A DNA stretch of 64,000 nt from an uncultured Clostridium sp. (GTDB lineage Bacteria > Bacillota_I > Bacilli_A > RF39 > UBA660): contig CAMKPE010000006.1 in NCBI GenBank assembly GCA_946414595.1, positions 15,953 through 79,952 of the forward strand, written 5' to 3'. The translations under genes were made by a program, and so were the position numbers. This document shows positions 48,790 through 59,700 of the stretch, piece after piece (the stretch's first letter is position 1; each line of letters opens with the position of its first letter). The notes under the pieces are model-generated. The model searched no databases, was not told the origin of the DNA, and saw only the letters and a list, made by a program, of their open reading frames with translations.

Positions 48790-49458
48790 CTAGATTTCTT
48801 CATCTAGCATTTTTATTTCATTAATTATTTCTTCAGTTTTCTTATTATCCTTTGGAATACTTTTTAATATGTTATTATCTACTTCTTTTAAATAATTAAA
48901 GTATTGATAAAAGAGTTCATCTTTATTATTTAAAAGTAATGGTCCAAAGAATAATTCTTTTTTATTATACTTTTTATTTCCTTTGATAAATTCCATTATT
49001 ATATAGTATTTATCTTCTTCATAGACAATTCTTTCATCGTTTATTATAAATCCCATTTCACTAATATCTTTTCTTAGTCTTTCAAATTTATTATTTGATG
49101 AAATTATTAATCTATCAACATGTTCTAAATATTCTTTACCATTATTTAGTATATCGACTATTGTTTCTTCTCCCATACCTGATATTACTGCTGTATCGAT
49201 AAAGTCATCTAAAACTCCTAATCCATCTTGCAATCTAAGTTCAATTTTATTTAAAAAAGAATATTTTTCAATATTCTTTTTAGCACTTCTTAATGGTTTT
49301 TCTCTTAAGTCAGATGCAATTATTCTTAAATCTTCATTATTTTGTAATAAATAGATATCAAGTAATGCATGATCACATCCAACATCGATAATACCACTTG
49401 TTTGTTGTTTTAATACTATGTCTGCTACTGTTTTAAGTCTATTGCTAATATTAATCAA
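48790..49458 (-). CDS. trmK: tRNA (adenine22-N1)-methyltransferase TrmK
   Basis: 222 aa. Contains RLKTVADIV and [16 protein letters not shown]. Sits downstream of sigA, like yqfN in Bacillus. Confidence 0.85.
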   Translation of the reverse strand: MINISNRLKTVADIVLKQQTSGIIDVGCDHALLDIYLLQNNEDLRIIASDLREKPLRSAKKNIEKYSFLNKIELRLQDGLGVLDDFIDTAVISGMGEETIVDILNNGKEYLEHVDRLIISSNNKFERLRKDISEMGFIINDERIVYEEDKYYIIMEFIKGNKKYNKKELFFGPLLLNNKDELFYQYFNYLKEVDNNILKSIPKDNKKTEEIINEIKMLDEEI

Positions 49459-50539
49459 TTAAGAAATCCTTTAATTTTCTTGAACGAGATGGATGTCTTA
49501 GTTTTCTTAAAGCTTTAGCTTCAATTTGTCTTATTCTTTCACGAGTAACTCCGAAGATTTGTCCAACTTCTTCAAGTGTTCTACATTGCCCATCATCAAG
49601 ACCAAATCTTAGTCTTAAAACTTTTTCTTCTCTATCAGTAAGTGTTAATAAAACACTTGCAAGTTCTTCTTTTAACATTTCTACTGTTGCATATTCTTCA
49701 GGAGACATTGTTCTTTCATCTTTAATGAAATCTCCTAAGTGAGAGTCATCTTCTTCTCCAATTGGAGTCTCTAAAGATACTGGATCTTGAGATATTTTGT
49801 AAACTTCTCTTACTTTATCAACAGTTACACCAAGTTTCTTAGCAAGTTCTTCTTCAGTTGGCTCACGATTTAACTCTTGAGTTAATTGTCTTTGAACTCT
49901 TGCTAATTTATTGATTGTTTCTACCATATGTACTGGTACACGAATTGTTCTTGCTTGGTCAGCGATTGCTCTTGTTATAGCTTGTCTAATCCACCAAGTT
50001 GCATATGTTGAGAATTTGTATCCTTTTGATGGATCAAATTTATCAACAGCTTTCATAAGACCAATGTTTCCTTCTTGAATTAAATCAAGGAATAACATTC
50101 CGCGTCCTACATATCTTTTTGCAATACTAACAACAAGTCTTAGGTTTGATTCTGCTAACATTTTCTTAGCATATTCGTCCCCTTGCTCAGCTAGTTTTGC
50201 ATATTCAAATTCTTCATCAGTTGTTAATAGGTTTATTCTACCTATTTCTTTTAAATACATTCTGACTGGGTCATTTATTTTAATGTCTTTTGACATTGTT
50301 AAGTCTTCAACTACTAATCCAGATGGATCTTCATCGTCTGTAGAGTTATCTGCAGTTTCACTTATAATTTCAATATTGTTTTCAACAAGTGTGTTATATA
50401 AATCATCAAGTGTATCACTATCTACATCTAATCCTTTTAATTCTTCAACCAATTGTTCGTAAGTAACATATCCTTGTTTCTTACCTGCTTCTATTAAGGA
50501 TTTTTTTCTTTCTTCGATAGTTTTAATTTCTCCAATCAT
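49451..50539 (-). CDS. sigA: Primary RNA polymerase sigma factor SigA/RpoD
   Basis: Start set at [10 protein letters not shown] (ATG at 50539, GGGGAG RBS). Contains [47 protein letters not shown] and [28 protein letters not shown]. Confidence 0.95.
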   Translation of the reverse strand: MIGEIKTIEERKKSLIEAGKKQGYVTYEQLVEELKGLDVDSDTLDDLYNTLVENNIEIISETADNSTDDEDPSGLVVEDLTMSKDIKINDPVRMYLKEIGRINLLTTDEEFEYAKLAEQGDEYAKKMLAESNLRLVVSIAKRYVGRGMLFLDLIQEGNIGLMKAVDKFDPSKGYKFSTYATWWIRQAITRAIADQARTIRVPVHMVETINKLARVQRQLTQELNREPTEEELAKKLGVTVDKVREVYKISQDPVSLETPIGEEDDSHLGDFIKDERTMSPEEYATVEMLKEELASVLLTLTDREEKVLRLRFGLDDGQCRTLEEVGQIFGVTRERIRQIEAKALRKLRHPSRSRKLKDFLID

Positions 50540-50543
50540 GATT

Positions 50544-52274
50544 TCACTCCCCAATTCTTAGTTTCCTTATTCTTTCCAAAATCTCAATTTTCTCATTTTC
50601 ATCAGGTACTTTTCTCATCAATTGCTCTAAACGCTTTATCTCTTGTCTAGTGTTATAATCACTAATGACACTTATATATTCTTCTATTGTACTATCTGAT
50701 ATTTCTTCACTTAAGTTAAGATTTTGTACTTCGTTAAATACTCCTAATAATTCTTTCTTATCATTTAAATACGTATAAAAATCTGCAATATTTATATCTC
50801 CATACTCATGGTAATAATAACTAATCTCAGCAGCAAGATTTCTCGTATCAGCATCAATGAAATAAAGCTTTTTACTATCATATACTTTTATAACTTTTGG
50901 GTTAATAAGCATATAATAAATGAATTCATGACTAGCTCTTTCATACTTATCTTTCTTTAAATCTTTTCTTTTGATAGTATTATTTTCAATTTTAGTTCGT
51001 TCTTGTTCGTTCAGATTTCTGTACTCATTAAATTTTTTTTCTAGTGTATTATAACTCAAATTAGTCTCATTTGCAAGTTTTTTGAGCATTATTTCACATC
51101 TAATCTCATCATTTATTGATGATATTTCTTTAATAACTTTATTAACATAATTTGATAGTTCTAAATCACTATCAAAATTAACATTATTCTTTAATCTTTC
51201 TATCTTAAAATCACTGTAGTTAAGCGCTCCATCGATAAGTGCTTTAAACTTTTCTTCTCCATATTTTAAGATATATGAATCTGGATCTTCATCATCAGTT
51301 AAACATACTACTTTAACATTTAATCCAGCTTTCTCTAATAACTCACCATTATGTAGATCAGCATCTTGTCCAGGATTATCTCCATCAAGACATAAATATA
51401 CATTTAATGATAACTTTTTAATTAATGATATTTGTTCTTCTGTTAAGGCAGTTCCCATTAGCGCTATTGTATTTTTAATACCAATAGTACTTGCTCTTAT
51501 AACATCCATGAATCCTTCCATAACAATAACGTATTTAGCAAGTCTTACATGTTCTTTTGATGCATTATAGTGATATAGACAAGTTCCTTTTCTAAATATA
51601 GGAGTCTCTTTAGTATTCATATATTTACTCATTTTAGAATTATCATAAATTCTTCCTGAGAATCCTACTATTCTTCCATTTCTATCATCAAGTGGGAAGA
51701 TAATTCTATTAATAAAAGTATCTATATCATTATTAGCAAGTCCTAAATCATTTAAAGTATTAATATCATATTTTCTTTCTTTTAAATACTTTATTAATTT
51801 ATCTTTTTCATCAAGTGCTAAACCTATACCAAATTCTTTGATTGTTTCACTATCTATTCCTCTTTTATTAAGATATTCGATAGCATTCTTACCTTTATCA
51901 GTATTAATCATTAATTGGTAATACTTTGCAGTTAATTCATAAATATCATAGTATTTTGTATATTTACTACTAAAATCACTTTTATAACCTTCTAGTTTAA
52001 TTCCTACTCTATCAGCAAGTTTCTTTAAGGCTTCTTTAAATGAGATGTTTTCTATTTGTTCTACAAAATTAAAAACATTCCCACTATTATGACAACTCCA
52101 ACATGTATATGTTTGTCTTTTTTCATCTACACTCATTGATGGATTCTTGTCATTATGAAAAGGACATATCCCCCAGTAATATTGCCCTTTTTTTGTAAGA
52201 GGAACATATTCGCTAATTAAATCAACAATATTAATTTTACTTCTTATTTCATTTATATCGTTTTGATTATTCAT
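50544..52274 (-). CDS. dnaG: DNA primase
   Basis: Has the zinc finger [13 protein letters not shown] and a TOPRIM region with [11 protein letters not shown] at 52274 follows AGGAGG (the track start is a GTG at 52280). Confidence 0.95.
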   Translation of the reverse strand: MNNQNDINEIRSKINIVDLISEYVPLTKKGQYYWGICPFHNDKNPSMSVDEKRQTYTCWSCHNSGNVFNFVEQIENISFKEALKKLADRVGIKLEGYKSDFSSKYTKYYDIYELTAKYYQLMINTDKGKNAIEYLNKRGIDSETIKEFGIGLALDEKDKLIKYLKERKYDINTLNDLGLANNDIDTFINRIIFPLDDRNGRIVGFSGRIYDNSKMSKYMNTKETPIFRKGTCLYHYNASKEHVRLAKYVIVMEGFMDVIRASTIGIKNTIALMGTALTEEQISLIKKLSLNVYLCLDGDNPGQDADLHNGELLEKAGLNVKVVCLTDDEDPDSYILKYGEEKFKALIDGALNYSDFKIERLKNNVNFDSDLELSNYVNKVIKEISSINDEIRCEIMLKKLANETNLSYNTLEKKFNEYRNLNEQERTKIENNTIKRKDLKKDKYERASHEFIYYMLINPKVIKVYDSKKLYFIDADTRNLAAEISYYYHEYGDINIADFYTYLNDKKELLGVFNEVQNLNLSEEISDSTIEEYISVISDYNTRQEIKRLEQLMRKVPDENEKIEILERIRKLRIGE

Positions 52275-52296
52275 ACGCACCTCCTATTACAAAGAT

Positions 52297-52324
52297 ATTA
52301 TATATCAAATGAATTATTTTTCAA
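52297..52324 (-). promoter_or_regulatory. Sigma-A-type promoter of dnaG-sigA
   Basis: Minus strand: TTGAAA (52319-52324), 16-nt spacer, TATAAT (52297-52302). Confidence 0.55.
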
Positions 52325-52343
52325 TGTTTATTTATAAATTCAA

Positions 52344-52620
52344 ATAAAAAAACTAGCATAAGCTAGTTTTCTTAAATTATACTTCGGTGCATCATCCTCT
52401 CGTGTTTATTTTTTTTAATCTATTTTAAACCTTATAGGCTAATCCTCCTTTACAATTATATTTTTTTCTTTCCGAACGAACAAGTTTATTGCTCTTGGCA
52501 ATAATCAATTTATTTTTATAAATCTTAAATAGCATCACTGCTATGATTTAACCTATTTAATTGTCAAACAACGTCTTCTTCTATATGCTTCATCTCCTTT
52601 TGTAATTTAAGTATACTAAA
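52344..52620 (-). ncRNA. Candidate small non-coding transcript between the sigma-like gene and dnaG
   Basis: Putative promoter TTGACA(52647-52652)-18 nt-CATAAT(52623-52628). Hairpins at 52529-52544 (GUGA loop) and 52486-52504. Terminator AAACTAGC/GCTAGTTT plus U-run at 52344-52370. No credible ORF. Confidence 0.3.
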
Positions 52621-52762
52621 AAATTATGGTAGAATTTTGGGATAATTGTCAAAAATGTGTGAATGTTTTTAGAATGTTTTTTCATATTCTCAAAAAGTTT
52701 CTTAAAGCCTTATATTTAAAGCGTTTTGTGAAGTTATAAATGATTGTCAATTAAAGTGTTAA

Positions 52763-52791
52763 ATGAAAAAAGAAGTTATTTTATTAACTTC
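52763..52791 (-). terminator. Terminator hairpin overlapping the stop codon of the 905-aa sigma-like gene
   Basis: 7-bp stem GAAGTTA/TAACTTC (52772-52778 and 52785-52791) with a 6-nt loop and a U6 run on the minus strand. Confidence 0.55.
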
Positions 52792-55501
52792 CTTTTATTG
52801 TTCTTAATTTCTTAGCAAGTGCTGGTGGTTTTGTACCTGGACCAGGATTATCTCCTAGTTCTGATGGTTCATTCATCATAGCAAGTATTTCAGCATTTAT
52901 TTCTTTTGGTTGTTCTTTATCACTAGATTCTCTTTCAATTCCAGCATTTTCATAGAGTTTATTTATGTATTCTTCTATTTCAGCCTTTTCTTCTTCTGTT
53001 GGTTGTCGTTTAGTAACTCTTTGAAGTCTTGGTGAATCAATTTTCTTCTTTAAGATTTTAAAAATACTCATAAACTTCTCTTTGCCTTTTGGATCAAGAG
53101 TGGAAACTGGATTATCTAAATCATTTCCATTTCTTTTCTTAAAGATTCTTAATTCTTCAATTGTTAATATTTCAAGTGCTGCAATTAATTGTTCTTTTGT
53201 ACAATTTAGTATTTCGCATAATGGTGTTACTGCTCTTCCCATACCATCACTCTCTTCTTTTGGCTTTTCAACCACTTTTGTTTCTTCTTGTACTTTTGTT
53301 TCTTTTACTGTTTCTACAACAGGTGCTGATTGTTCAATATGTGGTTCTTCTTTTGCAGGTACAATTTCTTTCTCTTCTACAGCAATTGGCATATCCATTA
53401 TTACTGGTTTTGGTACTTCTATAGGTTCAGCAGATCTATGTACTTTTTCACCAGTGTATTCTTCATATAATTCAATTGCTTTTTCATTTCCTGGTTGAAC
53501 TAATTCTGTTTTAAACTTTTGTACTGCACTCTTAATTTTTTGTTTACTCAATCCGCAAGCTGCAGAAACCATTTCTTCAGATTGTCTTGTTCCTGCTTCA
53601 AATCCAAAAATTCTTGCTGCCACTGCTTCTTCAAGGCTAGATAAATTACACATTAAACTAATTTTTTTGCATACTTGCATTCCTTTGCTTCTTATCATAG
53701 TAGAATAATCAACTCTTGCTATGCAATTATTTAAAATTCTTCTAGCAGTTGGATCTTTATATAATTTTTCATGGAATGTTTCAGATATTTTTTCGATATC
53801 TTTTGGCTTATATCCTACTAAAGAAGCAATTCTAACTAAACTCTTTGGAACACCATCTACTAATCCATATTCTAGTTGAATAATATAAAATTCTTTATCC
53901 GTTAATCCTAATCTATCTTTTAATTCTTCAAAATCATCAGTTGGGTTAGTTGAGTCAACAATAGACATACGTTGTCTTGGTTTATATGCACTTCTTGATT
54001 TTGATTGAGTAGTAGTACTACTGATTCCAAATTCAGGAAGTTTACCATATTCTTCTAGTTTTTTTCTACATTTTGGACTTTTTAGTTTTCTTAATGCCTT
54101 TGCTTCTATTTGTCTAATTCTTTCTCTTGTAACATTGAAATCTTTTCCTATTTCTTCAAGTGTCTCTATTCTTCCTGTATCAAAACCAAATCTTCTTTTT
54201 ATGACCATTACTTCTCTTTTTTTGAAATATCCGCTTTCAAATAATTCTTCAAAGATTTCTCTTAAAGCACTACCAAATATAACAGTATCTTCAACATTTT
54301 CATCTGATTCAATAAATTGTTGAAGTTCTGAGTCTTCATCACCATCTTTAGATATTGGTGTACTTAAACTTACTGGTTCAGTTGCAACTTGTCTAATGTT
54401 CTTTAACTTCTCTTCTGTAATACCCATCCTTTTAGAAAGTTCTTCATCTGTTGGTTCACGACCTAGTTCTCCAGTTAAGTATCTTTCTTCTCTTACCATT
54501 TTATTAATTGTTTCTACCATATGAACTGGTACACGAATTGTTCTTGCTTGATCAGCAATTGCTCTTGTCACAGCTTGTCTAATCCACCAAGTAGCATATG
54601 TAGAAAATCTAAAACCTTTTTTAGGATCGAATTTTTCAGAAGCTTTAATTAATCCTAGATTTCCTTCTTGAATTAAATCTAAGAATAGCAATCCATGTCC
54701 AACATATCTTTTAGCAATACTTACTACTAATCTTAAGTTATGTTCAACGAATTCATTTTTAGCACTTTCATCGCCTGCTTCAATTCTTTTTCCTAATGCT
54801 ATTTCTTCATCTACAGTAAGAAGTGGAATTTTTCCGCATTCTCTCATGTATTGACGAACAGGATCATCACAATAAACCTCTTCATCTCCTGCGTAATAAT
54901 ACTCTTCTTCTTTTGGTTCAATTACCTGTATTTCATTAAGCTCACAATATGTTTCAACAAAGAACATTACAAGTGGACTATCAGTAATTTTTATTACATC
55001 ATCCTTAGCAACTGTTTTTTCATTTTTCTTGTATACTCTGTTTATTATTGCAACAACACCTTGAATAAACTTATCATTGTTATTTAAAAGATTAATAACA
55101 AATTCTTTGCTTGGTAATGCATCAAACATTTCACAAATATCACTTAGCTTATTTAAAGCAGAAACGTTTTTTGTTAATTCATTGCTTGTACCTGGAAAAG
55201 TTTTATTTATGTAATTAGTAAATAATTGTTTTTGTTTATCTTCAGGTAATTTTTGTAATATTTCTAATAGTTGTGCTCTTATTTCAATTTCTATAATACT
55301 TACATAGTCTTCATCTTGATTTTCACTAGTTAGTGTTTTAGCAATTATCTGTTTAACTACTAGTTCAAAATCTTTAGGTGCTAACTCTAAAAATTTGAAA
55401 TAATCGATATATCTTTTAACCGAAGGATAAACTAAAGAATAAATTGAATCAACGCTTTTTACTTCAATTTTTTGCTTTTCATCATCGTCAAATAAATCCA
55501 C
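52784..55501 (-). CDS. Sigma-70-family protein: group-1-like core with long N- and C-terminal extensions
   Basis: 905 aa. GTG start 8 nt after AGGAGG. The core (aa ~214-495) has [61 protein letters not shown] and [28 protein letters not shown]. About 210 aa precede the core and about 410 aa follow it. Confidence 0.85.
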   Translation of the reverse strand: MDLFDDDEKQKIEVKSVDSIYSLVYPSVKRYIDYFKFLELAPKDFELVVKQIIAKTLTSENQDEDYVSIIEIEIRAQLLEILQKLPEDKQKQLFTNYINKTFPGTSNELTKNVSALNKLSDICEMFDALPSKEFVINLLNNNDKFIQGVVAIINRVYKKNEKTVAKDDVIKITDSPLVMFFVETYCELNEIQVIEPKEEEYYYAGDEEVYCDDPVRQYMRECGKIPLLTVDEEIALGKRIEAGDESAKNEFVEHNLRLVVSIAKRYVGHGLLFLDLIQEGNLGLIKASEKFDPKKGFRFSTYATWWIRQAVTRAIADQARTIRVPVHMVETINKMVREERYLTGELGREPTDEELSKRMGITEEKLKNIRQVATEPVSLSTPISKDGDEDSELQQFIESDENVEDTVIFGSALREIFEELFESGYFKKREVMVIKRRFGFDTGRIETLEEIGKDFNVTRERIRQIEAKALRKLKSPKCRKKLEEYGKLPEFGISSTTTQSKSRSAYKPRQRMSIVDSTNPTDDFEELKDRLGLTDKEFYIIQLEYGLVDGVPKSLVRIASLVGYKPKDIEKISETFHEKLYKDPTARRILNNCIARVDYSTMIRSKGMQVCKKISLMCNLSSLEEAVAARIFGFEAGTRQSEEMVSAACGLSKQKIKSAVQKFKTELVQPGNEKAIELYEEYTGEKVHRSAEPIEVPKPVIMDMPIAVEEKEIVPAKEEPHIEQSAPVVETVKETKVQEETKVVEKPKEESDGMGRAVTPLCEILNCTKEQLIAALEILTIEELRIFKKRNGNDLDNPVSTLDPKGKEKFMSIFKILKKKIDSPRLQRVTKRQPTEEEKAEIEEYINKLYENAGIERESSDKEQPKEINAEILAMMNEPSELGDNPGPGTKPPALAKKLRTIKGS

Positions 55502-55562
55502 ACAAATTGCCTCCTAACTTTTTATTGCAATATATTTTAACACTTTTGGTCAAATAAGTAAA

Positions 55563-55586
55563 CAAAAAAAAGAGCATTTTGCCCTT
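55563..55586 (-). terminator. Weak terminator after the mini-lipoprotein gene
   Basis: On the minus-strand RNA only: AAGGGCA-AAA-UGCUCUU (includes a G-U pair), followed by U8. Confidence 0.4.
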
Positions 55587-55589
55587 ATT

Positions 55590-55742
55590 TTATTGTTCAG
55601 TAACGTTTATTTTATGCATTGTTTCACTAGTTTGTTCTTCAATTGTATCATCAGTTACGTTATCTACTTTTTTAGATCCGCAACCTGTAATTATAAATAC
55701 TGAAAGAATCATTACAATTATTACTAATTTTTTATATTTCAT
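55590..55742 (-). CDS. Small lipoprotein (50 aa), not in the ORF track
   Basis: Own translation: MKYKKLVIIVMILSVFIITGCGSKKVDNVTDDTIEEQTSETMHKINVTEQ. It has an AGGAGG RBS and the lipobox IITG|C. It starts 17 nt after the stop of the pilin-like gene. Confidence 0.6.
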   Translation of the reverse strand: MKYKKLVIIVMILSVFIITGCGSKKVDNVTDDTIEEQTSETMHKINVTEQ

Positions 55743-55759
55743 TTTATCCTCCTAAATGA

Positions 55760-56590
55760 CTATTCCGGTATCTTTATGAAATCATAAAGTACCATTCTAA
55801 ACCAATAATCTACATTTACTGTCGTTACTCTTATATCTAGTGTTGGCTGATCAACTTCTTCTGATACAACCCACGATTCATTTTTAGTTATTGTATGCCA
55901 TTTACCATCAGATGTTTGATATTCCCATCTTACTTTGTAAACATAGTTATCATAACCATTTATTTGTGAAACGAAATGTACTACATCATTATAATAAATT
56001 ACACCATTAGGTCTATCACTTACTATATCAAAATCTAGTACTACTACTCCACCAGTAATTGAGCTTACTCTTGCTATTACTGGTTTTCTAGGCCCCTTAT
56101 TACAATCTCCGTCAATTACAATGTAATATTTCTTTAAATCAAGTCCCATTCCTTCCATGATATCTTCTGTTTGAATATCTGTTTTTATTTCATCTTCATC
56201 TAAGTATGAAAATTTAAGAAATTTTTTAGTACCATGACCTGTAGTATCTACGCTTGTCCAATAATAAGTATATTTATTTCCGTTAAAAGTAACTATTATA
56301 TACGCCTTATCAAATTCTCCATATGGACTTTTTAAACCGTTTTCTGTACTGATACATTTTACATCAATATAGTATGTAACATCAGTATCATACATCTCAA
56401 GTTTTCCTTCATTAACTAGATTTCTTGTTGCTCCGATTACTTCTTTTGCAGTATCAATATATGCACTCTTTCTTGTATCTTGTATATACTGTGTGACACT
56501 AGGTACTGCAATAATCATTAAAACTCCTAAAATAATTATAACTGCTAATAATTCAATAAGTGTAAATCCCTTTTCATTACGCTTTTTCAT
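55760..56590 (-). CDS. Type IV pilin-like (prepilin N-terminus) protein
   Basis: 276 aa. MKKRNEKG|FTLIELLAVIIILGVLMIIAVP is the prepilin cleavage/methylation motif with Glu at +5. A beta-rich C-domain follows. Confidence 0.75.
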   Translation of the reverse strand: MKKRNEKGFTLIELLAVIIILGVLMIIAVPSVTQYIQDTRKSAYIDTAKEVIGATRNLVNEGKLEMYDTDVTYYIDVKCISTENGLKSPYGEFDKAYIIVTFNGNKYTYYWTSVDTTGHGTKKFLKFSYLDEDEIKTDIQTEDIMEGMGLDLKKYYIVIDGDCNKGPRKPVIARVSSITGGVVVLDFDIVSDRPNGVIYYNDVVHFVSQINGYDNYVYKVRWEYQTSDGKWHTITKNESWVVSEEVDQPTLDIRVTTVNVDYWFRMVLYDFIKIPE

Positions 56591-56705
56591 TTTACTTCCT
56601 CACATATAAGATAACAATTTCTCTAGTTTAATAATATCATAGATATTTCAAAAAAAATGATTTTTGTAATTATTAGAATAATTTTAGTGAATAATTGTGT
56701 AAACT

Positions 56706-59700
56706 TTAGAAAAGTGATAACTGATCAGACTCATCTAGTCCGTCAAGTATTTTCATTTTTCTTAATTTGTCTAATAGTGTTTGAGAGATCTTAGCGCGTT
56801 TTTGTAAGTCTTCTATGCTTGTAAATGGTCTCTTTTCTCTTTCTTCCACTATTGCTTTTGCAACTGTATCACCTAAACCATCAATTGATGAGAATGGTGG
56901 ATAAATACTTTTTTCATCTTTTACTCCCCACACAGTTGCTGCACTTTTATTTAGATCAATTGGAACAAATGATATTCCTCTTGCTGTTGCTTCAAGCGCT
57001 ACTTTCAAACTTTCATGTTGGCCATTTTCTTTGTTTGTAGCATCATATCCTTTTGTTTCAATTTCTATTATTTTGTCTTTAATTGCATTATATCCCTTCA
57101 TCATTACTTCGATATCAGTATCTGTTGCTTTTGATGTTAGCCATGAAGCATAGAAGTATACTGGCATATGTACTTTATACCAAGCTATTCTAAAGGCACT
57201 CGTAACATATGCTGCTGCATGGGCTTTAGGGAACATGTATTTTATTTTTTCACAAGAGTCAATAAACCAGTCTTCTATTCCTGCTTGTTGCATTGTTTCT
57301 TTATGTTCTTTCCATGCTTCTGGTTCTTTACTTGCTTTTCCTTTACGAACAAACTCCATTATTTTAAATGATTTAAACTGAGGTAATCCATGATAAATCA
57401 AATATACCATAATGTCGTCACGACATCCGATAACCTCTTTAAATGGTACTACTTTGTTCTTTATTAATTCTTGAGCATTTCCAAGCCAAACGTCAGTTCC
57501 ATGTGATAGACCTGATATTTTTACAAGCTCGGCAAAAGTCTTTGGTTTAGTCTCTTCAACCATTGAAATAGTAAATGGTGTTCCAAACTCTGGAATTCCA
57601 AGAGTTCCTGTTTCATTTAATATTTGATCAGTTGTTACTCCAAGTGCTTGTGTTGATGAGAAAATACTCATTGTCTCTTTATCATCCATTGGTACTTTAG
57701 AAACATCAGTCTTAGTTAAGTCTTGAATCATTCTTAACTGCGTTGGATCACTATGTCCTAAAATATCTAGTTTTAATAAACATTGGTCAATAGCATGGTA
57801 TGAGAAGTGTGTTGTTCTCCATGCACTTGTTGGGTCATCTGCTGGGAACTGGAATGGTGTGAAATCTGATACATCCATGTAATCAGGTACAACAACTATT
57901 CCACCTGGATGTTGTCCTGTTGTTCTTTTAACACCAACACATCCTAGTGATTGTCTTTCTATTTCAGCACTTCTTACAGTTGAATACTCTCTTACTTTTT
58001 TAACCATTTCATCATATTTAGCATCTATTTCTTTTCCAACTTCTTTTCTTATACTTTCTTGTTTTAATAAGAATTTCTTTGCGATTATTAATGGTTTTTC
58101 TTTCTTTTCAACTTCTAGTAATTCTTCTATAGTTTTATCCATACTCTTGGCTATTTCCCCAATTATATCTAGTATCTTATCTTCGTAGTAACCTAAAACA
58201 AATCCATATGCTGTTTTATCTGCTACTGTTCCAATTGTTCCAGCACGATAAACATTGTCAACTCCAAATAATACTTTTGTATATTCGTGAGCTGATGCTT
58301 GGTTTAAGTCACTGAAGTTTAAGTCTATATCTGGAACTTTATCAGCGTTGAATCCTAAGAATGTTGCAAATGGAATATCTTGTCCATCTTTAAGCATTTT
58401 AGTATGACAGTTAGGACATTCTTTATCAGGTAAATCAAATCCTGAAAAGTATGTTGCTCCTAATGAATTACCATCTTCATCTTCAAATATACTAGTCTTA
58501 CACTTTGTACATCTATAATGAGGTGGTAATGGGTTAACTTCTGATATTCCCATCATACTTGCAACTAAACTTGATCCAACAGATCCACGAGAACCAACTA
58601 AATATCCATCTTCATTAGAGTGATTAACTAAACGTTGTGCTATCAAGTATATAGGATCAAATCCTCCTCCTATGATACCTCCTAGTTCTTTCTTTAACTT
58701 CTTCTCTAATGATTTATCATCAAGTTCTCCATCTTCTTCTTTCCAGTTTTCTTTCAAGTATTTAGATATTTCTTCTTTTACTTTATCAAATCCACTTGAT
58801 ACAGTATCATGTACTCTTTTAAATACTTCTTTCTTGAAGTCTTCATCACTTATATTTTCATTTTCTTTTTTAACAATTGCACTATAAGAATTATAAACAA
58901 TATCTCCATATAATTCTTTTGCTATACGTTCTTCTATGTTATATGGAAGTGGATCTCCATACCATTCTTTTGCTTTGTTAAATACTAGTTCAGTAACTAC
59001 TTTTGGACAGTCTAGGTAACTATTACCATCATCACTTTTAACTCTTGGTGAGAATGGTATCCCTTTTGTATCAGGAATTACTTCAACTTCTTCAATCATG
59101 TCTGCTACTTTATTAGTGTTTTCTACTACTATTTCGTATGCTAAATCTTTATCTAAGAAATTAAAGTTTTCAAGCATCTCATTAGTAGTTCTAAAGTGTT
59201 GTGAAGGAATATTAGTTATTTCTTTCTTAGCTAAAGGATGTCTTCCTCCACCAGGAACTTTTTGATTGATTATTATTTCTCGATATATCTTATCTTCCTT
59301 ATAAAAATGATGTACATCTCCAGTTGCAACAATAATCTTACCTGCTGCTTTAGTCTCATTTATTACTTTTTTAATATGTTCTTTTAATTCATCTTGATCT
59401 TTAAAGTCTCCAGTTTGAATTAAATGATCATATACTTCTGGAGGTTGAACTTCTACATAATCATAGAAATTAATTATGTTAGTTAATTCTTCTCCTTCTT
59501 TACTTCTTGCTTCAATAAATACTTCAGAATTATAACATCCACTTCCTATTAAAAGTCCTTCTCTTAATTCTTCAAGTTTACTTCTTAATATTCTTGGAGT
59601 TTTATATAGATATACTGTATTAGCAAGAGATATTATCTTAAATAAATTCTTTAATCCTGTTTTATTTACTACTAAGGCATTAAAGTGGAATGTTCTTCCA

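Noticed and set aside
52564-52593. Tiny ORFs in the sigma-like/dnaG gap: MKHIEEDVV (52564-52593), MMHRSII (near 52375-52400), and a 31-codon MKKHSKNIHTF... starting at 52685.
   Set aside because: In the first two the SD-like motif abuts the ATG with essentially no spacer. The third has no SD at all. I saw no evidence of coding potential, so the region is treated as non-coding.
52344-52620. A 9-bp pairing between the candidate sRNA 5' end (CUUAAAUUA) and its 3' end (UAAUUUAAG), suggestive of a 6S-like closing helix.
   Set aside because: It is an AU-only 9-mer in AT-rich sequence, and my rough estimate puts it near chance expectation. The adjacent bases do not extend the helix, so it is not used as evidence.
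53082-53498. Plus-strand ORFs of 60-138 aa lying antisense to long minus-strand genes. Examples: 53082-53498 and 53161-53424 in the sigma-like gene, 3035-3352 and 2666-2914 in lon, 4743-5075 in pyk, 61006-61362 in polC, 22854-23222 across ddl/murF, 36608-36928 and 38081-38425.
   Set aside because: Their translations are low-complexity S/F/L/I-rich strings, as expected from reading K/E/N-rich AT-rich genes backwards. I saw no RBS, and each is wholly contained in a well-supported gene on the other strand.
49451-55501. Whether the two sigA-like genes are an assembly duplication, or whether one is a pseudogene.
   Set aside because: Both ORFs are intact, each with its own RBS. Outside the most conserved core they are well diverged at the nt and aa level, and the flanks are unique sequence.
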